In this document: positions 1 through 8,131 of the stretch, piece after piece | How the letters are laid out: every line of letters starts with the position of its first letter | How positions within the stretch are numbered: position 1 is the stretch's first letter | From: a virus | Lineage: Duplodnaviria; Caudoviricetes | Reading direction: 5' to 3' (one strand) | Length of the DNA: 30,919 nt | IMG/VR virus record: IMGVR_UViG_3300017785_000314 | Location: 1-30,919 of that record | Notes under the pieces: model-generated | Told to the model about the DNA's origin: nothing | Databases searched by the model: none | The model's input: the letters and a program-made list of their open reading frames with translations, nothing else | Position numbers and translations under genes: made by a program

Positions 1-382
1 CGCCTGTACCAACGACTGTTGCAGATGATGTGCCTGTTAATACAATTTGACCTGTGCCGTAAAAACTTAACGTCTGAGAAACGGCTGTTGTAGTAACTAA
101 TTGAGTAGAAAGATTTGTGCCATTAATTAAACTATTTAATAATAAATTTGTGCGAGTTTCTTCAATCAACAACCCTTTACACACAAGCGTAGTCGGGTCA
201 AAATCAAATCGTGGCAAATCAGCATTGATCGCAGCAATAACACCGCTTGAATTAACAACAGTCGCGGTATTGCCAGTACGGGTAAATGTAATTCTAGGGT
301 CAAGCAAAGCAGTCGTAAAGTCCAACGCCATGCGTGGCAATACTCGCTCGGTAGCAGTTAAAGAAAACGATGGAGAAATCAT
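1..382 (-). CDS. Spike/fibre protein, N-terminal part (runs off window edge; not in ORF track)
   Basis: Read manually: ATG at 382, MISPSFSLTATERVLPRMALDFTT...PRFDFDPTTLVCKGLLIEETRTNLLLNS..., open to base 2. The PRFD..P...GLLIEE.RTNL motif is typical of phage spike/fibre N-termini. Follows the head-binding gene. Confidence 0.75.
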   Translation of the reverse strand, partial: MISPSFSLTATERVLPRMALDFTTALLDPRITFTRTGNTATVVNSSGVIAAINADLPRFDFDPTTLVCKGLLIEETRTNLLLNSLINGTNLSTQLVTTTAVSQTLSFYGTGQIVLTGTSSATVVGTG

Positions 383-392
383 TATTTTCTCT

Positions 393-884
393 TTAAAATA
401 AAAATTCAATTACAGATGTCAAAGGAGGTGCTGCTGAAAAAGTAACATTTCCAATGGCAATCGTGTAAGTATTTTGATTTTGATAAACGCCATTGATGTA
501 AACCAAACTGGGTTTAAAAGAAACAGCAAATACTGTTGTTACTCCATCGCCAGTTGCGTTTTCAAATAAGTTGCCAGCAGAGCCAGGGAAAGAGTTTCCA
601 TTCAATGATGTATAAACAACGCTGCCATTCTTGTCTTTAACCTGAATACTGTAATCTTCATCAACATAAAACCGAGATGGCGTTCCCATAAAAACAGGAT
701 ACCCAGCAAGCGTGCGAATCGGTTGGGCAGCAGGAATCGTCTGGGCAGCATCCCAATAAACAGCAATCGGATTGGTAATTGGGTTTAAATTAACCTCGCC
801 AATATTGATAAATCCGCTGTCCAAGGGCTGACCATCGAGTCCTGCAAACGCTGGAAATGGGGGTTCAATTTCAATTGATCGCAT
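393..884 (-). CDS. P22-tailspike-like head-binding domain protein (short adaptor)
   Basis: N-terminus DGQPLDSGFINIGEVNLNPITNPIAVYWD...AQPIRTLAGYP...DYSIQVKDKNG resembles the P22 tailspike head-binding domain. Short C-terminal GDGVTTVF...VYINGVYQ beta domain. Lies just after the ejection genes. Confidence 0.7.
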   Translation of the reverse strand: MRSIEIEPPFPAFAGLDGQPLDSGFINIGEVNLNPITNPIAVYWDAAQTIPAAQPIRTLAGYPVFMGTPSRFYVDEDYSIQVKDKNGSVVYTSLNGNSFPGSAGNLFENATGDGVTTVFAVSFKPSLVYINGVYQNQNTYTIAIGNVTFSAAPPLTSVIEFLF

Positions 885-886
885 CT

Positions 887-3424
887 TTATTGCTCCTGTT
901 CGTCAGCCATTTGGCGTTGTGTTTGCATGGTGCTGAGTATCCACTGTGTCTTGGCATTTAACTCTTTTGGGATGCCCATCTCTTTGGCAAATTTACCAAA
1001 CGCTGCACTCTTGGCCAATACATTAGCACCCGCCTCAGCCTGACCCTCTGCGACAAGTCTCGATGCTCTCAACAACTCAGGCGATGACAACACAGCGTCT
1101 GCCACCTTTTGCCTTGATGTTTTATCTTTGCCGAGTGCCAATACACTCCAAAGAGCAACGCCAGCACCAGGCGCACCCAAAGCCCTTGCCCCTCCTTCAA
1201 GAGCTGCTACGCCTGCGCTTTTTTGAGCCATGCCAATGATGCCGCCAATGAGTGAATCAGCATCTTTAAGCTGATCTGCCACCGCAGTCAGCCGACCCGT
1301 CTGGATTCGCTCGCGTGAAGCCTTAGCAATCGAGTTAGACACACGATACAAGTCGGAGAGCTGCTTGCGTGACTCTTGTGGCAAATTGCTCATAATCGCC
1401 GCATAAGCCTGTTTGTTCTGCAATAACCCTTGGTAAAAGGTTGCATAGTCATTAAAGCTAATCGGTCTGTCCATACTGGCACGACCAAAGGCAGTCTTCA
1501 TGCCTGATGCCACGACCTCTGACCGCATATCCTCTGGCACGCTTTTGAGCAATGCGATCAACTGCTTCTCATCGCCCTTAGTCAATGCTTTAAATGACTT
1601 GTCGAGCTTCGACACCATGCTTTGATGCAATTGCTTGCCAAACAAAGCAGTCATGTCTTGCTCAACGCCCTTACGAATACGCACTAAGGAGTTGGCTTCT
1701 TTTAAGGCATCGTCGACCCCAAACTTCGCGGCCACGCTTAATTGGTCTTGTGATAATCGACCATAAAGCTGATCGAGTTGCGCTCGGTCTGCGTCTTTGA
1801 ACGGTCCTGTTCCTTTATATGCTGAGCCAATATCCTTGCGAACGTCATCGAGTAGAGTATAAGTTGGCAGTTTCTCAACCTCCACGCCATCAACTTTTAC
1901 TTTGCGAGGTGCTAACTTTCCAAATATTTCCTTTTCCATTGGGGAAAGATTTTGAAAGCCACCTAAATCTTCAGCCCTTGTGCGAATGAAATTTAGGATA
2001 TTTTCGGCATTAACCTCAACCCGCTTTGGAATCGTTTTGTTAAGAACATCATCATAAATTTTGTTTGATTTTGCTGCTAGGTCATCAACTTGCTGTTGCA
2101 AGGCCACCTGAATTTTTGTGTTTAAAGTCGAAAAGTCTTTAGTGCCACCGATCTCGTCAATCAAATCGCTTGCACGCTTACCGACTTGTTCGAGACCCTT
2201 CATCTCTGCTTGGCGAGCCTCGGAGCCTGGGATGGATTTGACCGCTTGCGCCAGTTCACGATAAACCTGATTTGTGGTCACATGGTCTGGCTGCAAAAAC
2301 TCGTCAATCCCTAGCCGCTTGGCTGCTGCAAGAACCTTTGGATCAGGCGCAGTCTCACCAGCTAATACCTCAACGGCTCTTGACTGTCGACCAGGCACAA
2401 TTGACTTTTGACCAGCTTGCATTGCTGTCTCAATCAGTTCCTCTGTGGTCATTTGCCCAGCAGCAGGAGCAGCAGGGGCAGCACCAGCGGCAGTATCAGC
2501 CGCAGCAGCAGGATTGAGCGCACTACCTTCAGGCGCAAGCGCACCCGCAGCAGGAGCAGGGGCAGCGGGTGGTTGACCCTTGAACGCAGCTCGACCCGCT
2601 TGTGCGGTCTTTACAACCGCTGGAACAATCGCGCCGCCTGCACTTGCTAGCCCAACCTCAGCCGGACTGAACTCGCCGCCAGCAGCCACCTGAGAGGCTT
2701 CAATGCCTGTCTGCGTTAATCCAGATTTGAGACCCGCGCCTGTAATAGTTGTCGCACGACCCGCCGGAGTGAACGCCGCGATTCCTCCGATAACGCGAGG
2801 AATGTCACTCACTCTCATGCCAGGCTTGATTGCATAGTCTCGACCATCGAGGGATGACCGGAAGATGTAATTGCCTTTCTCATCTTGGAATACTTGCGTA
2901 TCTGGAAAGTTAGCTTTCACGACCTGTGAAATCTCGTCAGGGTTTGCAAGCAGCGTGCCAAGTCCAGTCAGTGCGGATCGGAATGACGCAGAGTTAAGCT
3001 CTGGCATACTTGTCCATTCTGGCAATGCTTTGATCGTTTCAGTTTCGCGCCCACTGCCCGTCACAGCCTCGACTACCCCACGGCCAACATCGCTAGCCAT
3101 ATCACCAACCAAGTTCGACAACCCATATCTTCCTTGAGGGGCTGCTGCTGTCGTTTCCGGTGCAACAGCCGCTTCTGGTGCAACACCAGCAACTGGTGCG
3201 GCAACTGGTGCTTCTGCAGCAACTGGCGCAGCCTGTGGTGTCTGCATACCTTCTGCCGGAGCAGCGACAACGGCCTGATCAGTCGCGGCAGGCGTTGGTG
3301 ACTGCACACCCATTGCGCTGACTGCTTGCTCAATCAGTATCTGTGCCTGCTCTGGTGACGTACCATCCGGCACTTCAAACCGACCAATGCGCCCATCAGG
3401 GAATTGAAACCTAGCGGTAGCCAT
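887..3424 (-). CDS. Large DNA ejection (transfer) protein, P22 gp16 position
   Basis: 845 aa, helical and Ala/Gly-rich with hydrophobic glycine-rich segments. Third and largest of three consecutive genes after the tail genes. TAATG coupling to the upstream gene. Confidence 0.65.
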   Translation of the reverse strand: MATARFQFPDGRIGRFEVPDGTSPEQAQILIEQAVSAMGVQSPTPAATDQAVVAAPAEGMQTPQAAPVAAEAPVAAPVAGVAPEAAVAPETTAAAPQGRYGLSNLVGDMASDVGRGVVEAVTGSGRETETIKALPEWTSMPELNSASFRSALTGLGTLLANPDEISQVVKANFPDTQVFQDEKGNYIFRSSLDGRDYAIKPGMRVSDIPRVIGGIAAFTPAGRATTITGAGLKSGLTQTGIEASQVAAGGEFSPAEVGLASAGGAIVPAVVKTAQAGRAAFKGQPPAAPAPAAGALAPEGSALNPAAAADTAAGAAPAAPAAGQMTTEELIETAMQAGQKSIVPGRQSRAVEVLAGETAPDPKVLAAAKRLGIDEFLQPDHVTTNQVYRELAQAVKSIPGSEARQAEMKGLEQVGKRASDLIDEIGGTKDFSTLNTKIQVALQQQVDDLAAKSNKIYDDVLNKTIPKRVEVNAENILNFIRTRAEDLGGFQNLSPMEKEIFGKLAPRKVKVDGVEVEKLPTYTLLDDVRKDIGSAYKGTGPFKDADRAQLDQLYGRLSQDQLSVAAKFGVDDALKEANSLVRIRKGVEQDMTALFGKQLHQSMVSKLDKSFKALTKGDEKQLIALLKSVPEDMRSEVVASGMKTAFGRASMDRPISFNDYATFYQGLLQNKQAYAAIMSNLPQESRKQLSDLYRVSNSIAKASRERIQTGRLTAVADQLKDADSLIGGIIGMAQKSAGVAALEGGARALGAPGAGVALWSVLALGKDKTSRQKVADAVLSSPELLRASRLVAEGQAEAGANVLAKSAAFGKFAKEMGIPKELNAKTQWILSTMQTQRQMADEQEQ

Positions 3425-4902
3425 TATTCAAACCCTAAAAATTTAACGCCGCTTGCCGGACGCGCCGGAGGTGCAGCCGCAGGCGGTTGTGAAGTCTTCG
3501 GTGTAATTGCAGGAGGTTTATACGGCTGCACGCCTGGTCGTTTGCCTCTTGCAAATTCATAAAAATCTTTATCAAGCATTGGTCCAAGGCTTTCGTCAAA
3601 ACGAGCAACCTCTTCGTCCGAATACTTATCATCACGAATGAGCTTTCTAGCATGGTCAGCAAGTCTGGCAGATCGCTTTGCAAAGGCTTCAGCGTACTTA
3701 GCCATTAACTCACGTCCACCTTCTGAATTTGACAATGATGGGATCGACGCAACAAAAGATTTGAATTCAATGTCAGAGGTTGAGCCAGAGCCTGCTGGAC
3801 GAATCTGCACAGCGGCTTTTGTTGCGAGAGCATTTGCCAAATCGTTTGCTGTAACCGTTTCAGTAGAAAGTCCAAGGTTTTTTGCAACTTCAGTGGTAAG
3901 TTTAATAACAGCACCGCCAGATTTGCCTCTCAACAAATCAGCAATTACACGAGTGTCTTTAGCCACTGCTCTCGCAGATGCGGCTGAGGCACTAAATTCT
4001 TTAGCGCGAGGAATATCCAATTCCTTTAATGCAAGAACCTCTCTTTTTTCTCCAGAATCAATTTGAACTAACGGGCCTGTACTCACTGGTGAAATTTTTT
4101 GATCAGGTCCTTGTTGAAATTTCACATCAGCAGGTAATCCGAGCTTAACGTTCTCCTCTGACGTAAGGACACGGTAATTTTCTTTTGGTGCAGCAGAAAT
4201 TTTTAATTCTGTAATTTGTCCATCTGGACTCTTTTGAAAACGAATATTTTCTGGCAATCCCAACTCAATATTTTGAGCTGGTGTAAGTAAAGTGTATCCT
4301 GGCTTTGGCTGTCCACCAGCAAGTCTATCTGCCGCTTTAGCTTGGGCTTCAGCGACCTGTAATGGCGCAAGCTGCGCTTTGGTGGTGGCTTCGATGATCT
4401 TATCACCGCCTGGCACAGTTGCCAACAACATACCAATCGTTGCTTTTGCTGCGCCTGGGTTAATTCTTGCTAACTCTGCATAAGAGCGAAACGCTTGTCC
4501 TTGCTCTTTTCTGCCAGAATTTTCCTCAGCAGTCGCTCGGTTTTCTAACAAATCAATGCCAATCTGATTCTGACCATTCGTAAAGGCTGCAAGCACCTTG
4601 CCTGAAAACAAAATCTGATTGTCTTTTTGCTCTTGTGAACCCAGTTCATAAGTTTTACGAATGCTCTCCATTTGCGCTGGAGGCAGCAATCGACTCAAGG
4701 TCATATACTCTGATATGTTTGGATTTTGAATTGCACTAATACGCTGAAATTCTGTATTCAACGCTTGCTGACGAACAGCCTCTTGCTGCTGTGCTTGCCG
4801 ACGAGCATCCATCTCGGCCAATCCTGCGCCAAACTGTGCCGCTTGTCCAAAGGCTTGGAGTGGGCTTTGGACGTTAATCGAGTAATTTGCTGGCTGAACC
4901 AC
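3424..4902 (-). CDS. DNA ejection protein, P22 gp20 position
   Basis: Likely start is GTG at 4902 (MVQPANYSINVQSP), preceded by SD AAGGAG. Gln/Ala-rich helical protein between gp7-like and gp16-like genes. Confidence 0.65.
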   Translation of the reverse strand: MVQPANYSINVQSPLQAFGQAAQFGAGLAEMDARRQAQQQEAVRQQALNTEFQRISAIQNPNISEYMTLSRLLPPAQMESIRKTYELGSQEQKDNQILFSGKVLAAFTNGQNQIGIDLLENRATAEENSGRKEQGQAFRSYAELARINPGAAKATIGMLLATVPGGDKIIEATTKAQLAPLQVAEAQAKAADRLAGGQPKPGYTLLTPAQNIELGLPENIRFQKSPDGQITELKISAAPKENYRVLTSEENVKLGLPADVKFQQGPDQKISPVSTGPLVQIDSGEKREVLALKELDIPRAKEFSASAASARAVAKDTRVIADLLRGKSGGAVIKLTTEVAKNLGLSTETVTANDLANALATKAAVQIRPAGSGSTSDIEFKSFVASIPSLSNSEGGRELMAKYAEAFAKRSARLADHARKLIRDDKYSDEEVARFDESLGPMLDKDFYEFARGKRPGVQPYKPPAITPKTSQPPAAAPPARPASGVKFLGFE

Positions 4903-4912
4903 GTTTGACTCC

Positions 4913-6031
4913 TTAACCGAATAAACCACCGAGACCTGGCGTTACGTTATTAGCGCGACCTTGCGCCCCGTACTGCATTCCAAGAAACTGTGCAGGAAGA
5001 TTGAAAACACTCGACAACGCTTGACCTCTAGCCAAATCAGCACCAGCTCTAGCTGAACCAATGTCACCCTCAAGCCCCGCAATTCTTGCGCCCGTTTGCA
5101 GTCCTGCTGCGCCTGTTCCTGCTGCCGAGGCTTGTCCAAGTTGTGCTAAGTTCTGGGTTGCGGCTTGCCCTATGTTTGCTAGGTTTTGCGATCCAGTGAA
5201 CCCCATTTGCGCTAAGTTTTGAGCTGTAGTCAGACCCATGTTCGCCAAGTTTTGATACGACGATTGCCCCAAGCCAGCTAAGTTCTGGGTCGACGTTAAT
5301 CCCAACTGTGCTAAGTTTTGAGTTGTGCCTTGTCCTAATGCGGTCATTCCACCTAGCCGACCATATTGCAAGTCGATTTCTCGCTGCAGCATTTGGGGGC
5401 GAAACTGTGCAAGAGCTGCTTGAACATTACCACCACGCAAACCCCCCGTCGCAGATGCCGCTTGAAGAATCGCCTCTTCACCCTGCCTGACTTGAGCTTG
5501 AAAGGCTGGGCTTTGCTCAATAGCTGAAATGGATAATTGCTGTGCCTGTGGACCACGCAAACCAAGCAAAGCCTGCTGTTGCGCGAGAGCTGGTGCGCCT
5601 GCTGCTGCATAAGGGTCTAAGCCACCTACCGCACGACTCCCCGCTGCGCCATAACCCTCTAAGCCACCAATCGCTCGGCTTCCAGCCCCACCAAACTCCT
5701 GTAACCCGGCTAGAGCTTGAGTTCCCGCTTGGATGAAAGGTTGTAATTGCCCTAACGCTTGAGTCCCTGCGTCGAGAAAAGGATTTAATCTACTTAACCC
5801 ATCAGTACCAGCTTGTATAAAAGGCTGAAAACCACCGAGTGCTGTCGTGCCTGCCGAAACGTATGGGCTAAGGATTTTCTGCAACGCATCAAATTGTCGG
5901 CGTTGTTCCTCAATGCCTGCTTCAGCAGACTGTTGCTGCGCTTTGGATGCTTTGCCAGCAGCACTACTTTGGATAGCACCGCCAATCAGTGTTGTTCCAC
6001 CAACGATTAGTCCTGTGACCGGATCAGGCAT
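4913..6031 (-). CDS. DNA ejection protein, P22 gp7-like, with internal repeats
   Basis: Hydrophobic Gly/Ala N-terminus followed by AAGKASKAQQQSAEAGIEEQRRQFD...LSPYVSAG, and ASATGGLRGGNVQAALAQF, both characteristic of gp7-like proteins. Confidence 0.75.
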   Translation of the reverse strand: MPDPVTGLIVGGTTLIGGAIQSSAAGKASKAQQQSAEAGIEEQRRQFDALQKILSPYVSAGTTALGGFQPFIQAGTDGLSRLNPFLDAGTQALGQLQPFIQAGTQALAGLQEFGGAGSRAIGGLEGYGAAGSRAVGGLDPYAAAGAPALAQQQALLGLRGPQAQQLSISAIEQSPAFQAQVRQGEEAILQAASATGGLRGGNVQAALAQFRPQMLQREIDLQYGRLGGMTALGQGTTQNLAQLGLTSTQNLAGLGQSSYQNLANMGLTTAQNLAQMGFTGSQNLANIGQAATQNLAQLGQASAAGTGAAGLQTGARIAGLEGDIGSARAGADLARGQALSSVFNLPAQFLGMQYGAQGRANNVTPGLGGLFG

Positions 6032-6467
6032 GATTAAACTCCATCAAATAATCTTCTAATTTTTCACCATAGATTGCCATGACATCACTGGCCACCTCGG
6101 TCGCATGATTTGATCCATAACATAACGCCACGGTCATCAATACCACATCGTAGAATCCTGCACGCCAAACGAAAGAGCGAGCATCAGCATGACCAGCACG
6201 CTCGGCTTGATCGGATGCTTGCCACTTTAAAATCATAGTTGCAACAACTGGCGTGAGAGTTTGAGCGTTCTCTATCCAAAAGATATTTCGATTCATGCCG
6301 ACCAGCGTGTTCCAGATGGTGGCGTTCAAATCCTGACGCTTGACAATATCTCCGTCAGCCACGTCATCAAAGACTTGGATTGCTCCAAAGAGCATCATTA
6401 ACCAGTCCACGGCAGAGGCAGGCAGAGCTAGACTCTTTTCTAAGTTCTCTCTAAGCCAATCGGTCAT
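6024..6467 (-). CDS. Hypothetical helical protein with DDxxD motif (isoprenoid synthase-like)
   Basis: Probable start is ATG 6467 (MTDWLRENL). Contains AIQVFDDVADGD. Overlaps the start of the gp7-like gene. Confidence 0.55.
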   Translation of the reverse strand: MTDWLRENLEKSLALPASAVDWLMMLFGAIQVFDDVADGDIVKRQDLNATIWNTLVGMNRNIFWIENAQTLTPVVATMILKWQASDQAERAGHADARSFVWRAGFYDVVLMTVALCYGSNHATEVASDVMAIYGEKLEDYLMEFNHA

Positions 6468-6539
6468 ACAAATCCCAAATGGATAAGCTGCTGGTGGCTC
6501 GATTGACTCAGCAAGAGTATTTGACCACAATTAGGCATA

Positions 6540-6941
6540 TCAATCCATCTCATCTTTACGATCTTCCCAAGCCTGGCACACTCTCATGTCGTTGCAGATG
6601 AAATTAAGTTTTTCGCAATGCCCACGAAATCCATACCCTGTGTCGTATCCCGCCATTGGAATGCGCTCGATTTTGACCTGTGCCATCAGACTATTGTCAT
6701 AATAACCACAGTTTGAGCAATGCTTGCGTCGTGCGTCTTTCTCATCGCATTGCATCGCATCAGCCAGAGCAGCGTAAAACTCAGGGTTCGCTTTAGGGTC
6801 GTTGCTCGGTTCTTCTGGCCCGTAGTACCAGTTTTCCACTGCGACGATAAAGTTCTTCTTGTTCTCAGCTGGAGACAAGAACCCCTCTTCCATCGGCAAC
6901 CCTGCAAATCCCTTGGGGATAATCATAAAGTTTTTCATCAT
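6540..6941 (-). CDS. Hypothetical Cys-rich metal-binding protein (HiPIP-like Cys pattern)
   Basis: HCSNCGYY...GHCEKLNFICNDMRVCQAW. SD GAGGA upstream. Confidence 0.55.
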   Translation of the reverse strand: MMKNFMIIPKGFAGLPMEEGFLSPAENKKNFIVAVENWYYGPEEPSNDPKANPEFYAALADAMQCDEKDARRKHCSNCGYYDNSLMAQVKIERIPMAGYDTGYGFRGHCEKLNFICNDMRVCQAWEDRKDEMD

Positions 6942-6947
6942 ATTCCT

Positions 6948-7283
6948 CTAAGTTATCTCTCGGCCTGATGCGCGAATGGTCAAAGACGTTGCCGCACCCG
7001 CAAGCGTGGAGATAAACCCACCCGCCTCTAACGCCTGACCCACTAGTTCTGGGCAAGTATAAGTCTCATCTGGCACAAGGCTGCGAGCGTCAATAATTAG
7101 GTTCGATGCGGATGCCGATCCACTAACTGTGACTAGATTGCAACTAAACGTGACGTTGTTTGCGCTGGTATTCGTGACGGTAAACTTGTCGATAATCGCA
7201 CGCACATTGGTGGCTGTGTACTGTGTAGTTTGAGCGTTCTCAGCCTGCTTTGCTGGAATCAGAACTTTTACGATGACGGTCAT
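6948..7283 (-). CDS. Small all-beta virion protein (tail-tip associated, putative)
   Basis: 111 aa, Thr/Val/Ser-rich beta pattern. ATGA overlap with the needle-like gene. Confidence 0.5.
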   Translation of the reverse strand: MTVIVKVLIPAKQAENAQTTQYTATNVRAIIDKFTVTNTSANNVTFSCNLVTVSGSASASNLIIDARSLVPDETYTCPELVGQALEAGGFISTLAGAATSLTIRASGREIT

Positions 7284-8131
7284 TGGACACCTTCGATATT
7301 GTTGTTAACGGTAAGAATGATTGACGGGATAGATGGGACTGGAGCAGACGCTGCGATTGCTTTAAGTTCAACAGACAAATCATCAACGGAAAATATCATC
7401 TCAACGTAATCGTTTGCTTTAAGATCAAAAAAATAATTTAGCGAGGAAAAGATTTCAGCGTTATTGCCTTGAATACGAATGTGACTTGCGCTGTCTGGAA
7501 CATCGACACCATTGAGCCTAAACCAAAAGTAAAACTCTGCCGTGCCTCCTGATGTCTTATCTAGCTGAAATGATGTATCAAAATTGTAAATGCCTTCGCT
7601 GTCCACAATAATTCTGGATGTTGTGCCGCCAATGTAAACGCCCTGACTTAAATCGGTGGTGTTAAAAGTAATCGCTGTGGCTGTGTTAATAACTGTCGCA
7701 AGTTGTGTAGTGGTGTCATAAAACGAGCCATATCTTGCACGCTTGAACTCCCTTGGTGGTGGAGTCATCTGCAAGCCTTCAACCGCCTTTCTTAAATTGT
7801 CTACCAACTCAAGTGTTGGGGTTATCTGTAAACCCTCGACCGCCTTTCTTAAATTATCTATCAATGCAAGAGCTTGATTTGCTTTGCTCTCTGCCAACGC
7901 AGCGTTAACAGCGGATTCTTGTGCTTGTGCCGCTATTTGTGCCAAAGCATCGTTAGCTGAGGACTGCGCCAATCCAGCCTCAAAGTCAATAACAACAATA
8001 CCATCCGGTACATCAACAACCGTATCAGCTACAGCAAACAGATTCTCAAATTGCTTGATCTGCTCTGGACTTGATAGAAATTCAGCGAGCTGGTCTCTTG
8101 TCAGTCCAAGTGGTCTAAATACCTTAGCCAT
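7280..8131 (-). CDS. Tail needle-like protein (P22 gp26 position): coiled coil plus C-terminal beta knob
   Basis: Immediately downstream of gp10. Ala-rich heptad region followed by a C1q/TNF-like beta domain (ITFNT...GIYNF...YFFDLKANDYVEM). Confidence 0.6.
   Translation of the reverse strand: MAKVFRPLGLTRDQLAEFLSSPEQIKQFENLFAVADTVVDVPDGIVVIDFEAGLAQSSANDALAQIAAQAQESAVNAALAESKANQALALIDNLRKAVEGLQITPTLELVDNLRKAVEGLQMTPPPREFKRARYGSFYDTTTQLATVINTATAITFNTTDLSQGVYIGGTTSRIIVDSEGIYNFDTSFQLDKTSGGTAEFYFWFRLNGVDVPDSASHIRIQGNNAEIFSSLNYFFDLKANDYVEMIFSVDDLSVELKAIAASAPVPSIPSIILTVNNNIEGVQ
7761..7864. repeat. 57-bp-period tandem duplication in the needle coiled coil
   Basis: LIDNLRKAVEGLQITP and LVDNLRKAVEGLQMTP. 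DNA copies at about 7761-7807 and 7818-7864. Confidence 0.9.

Noticed and set aside
117-401. Plus-strand 94-aa ORF
   Set aside because: Antisense shadow of the minus-strand spike gene (382 to the window edge), which has recognisable motifs.
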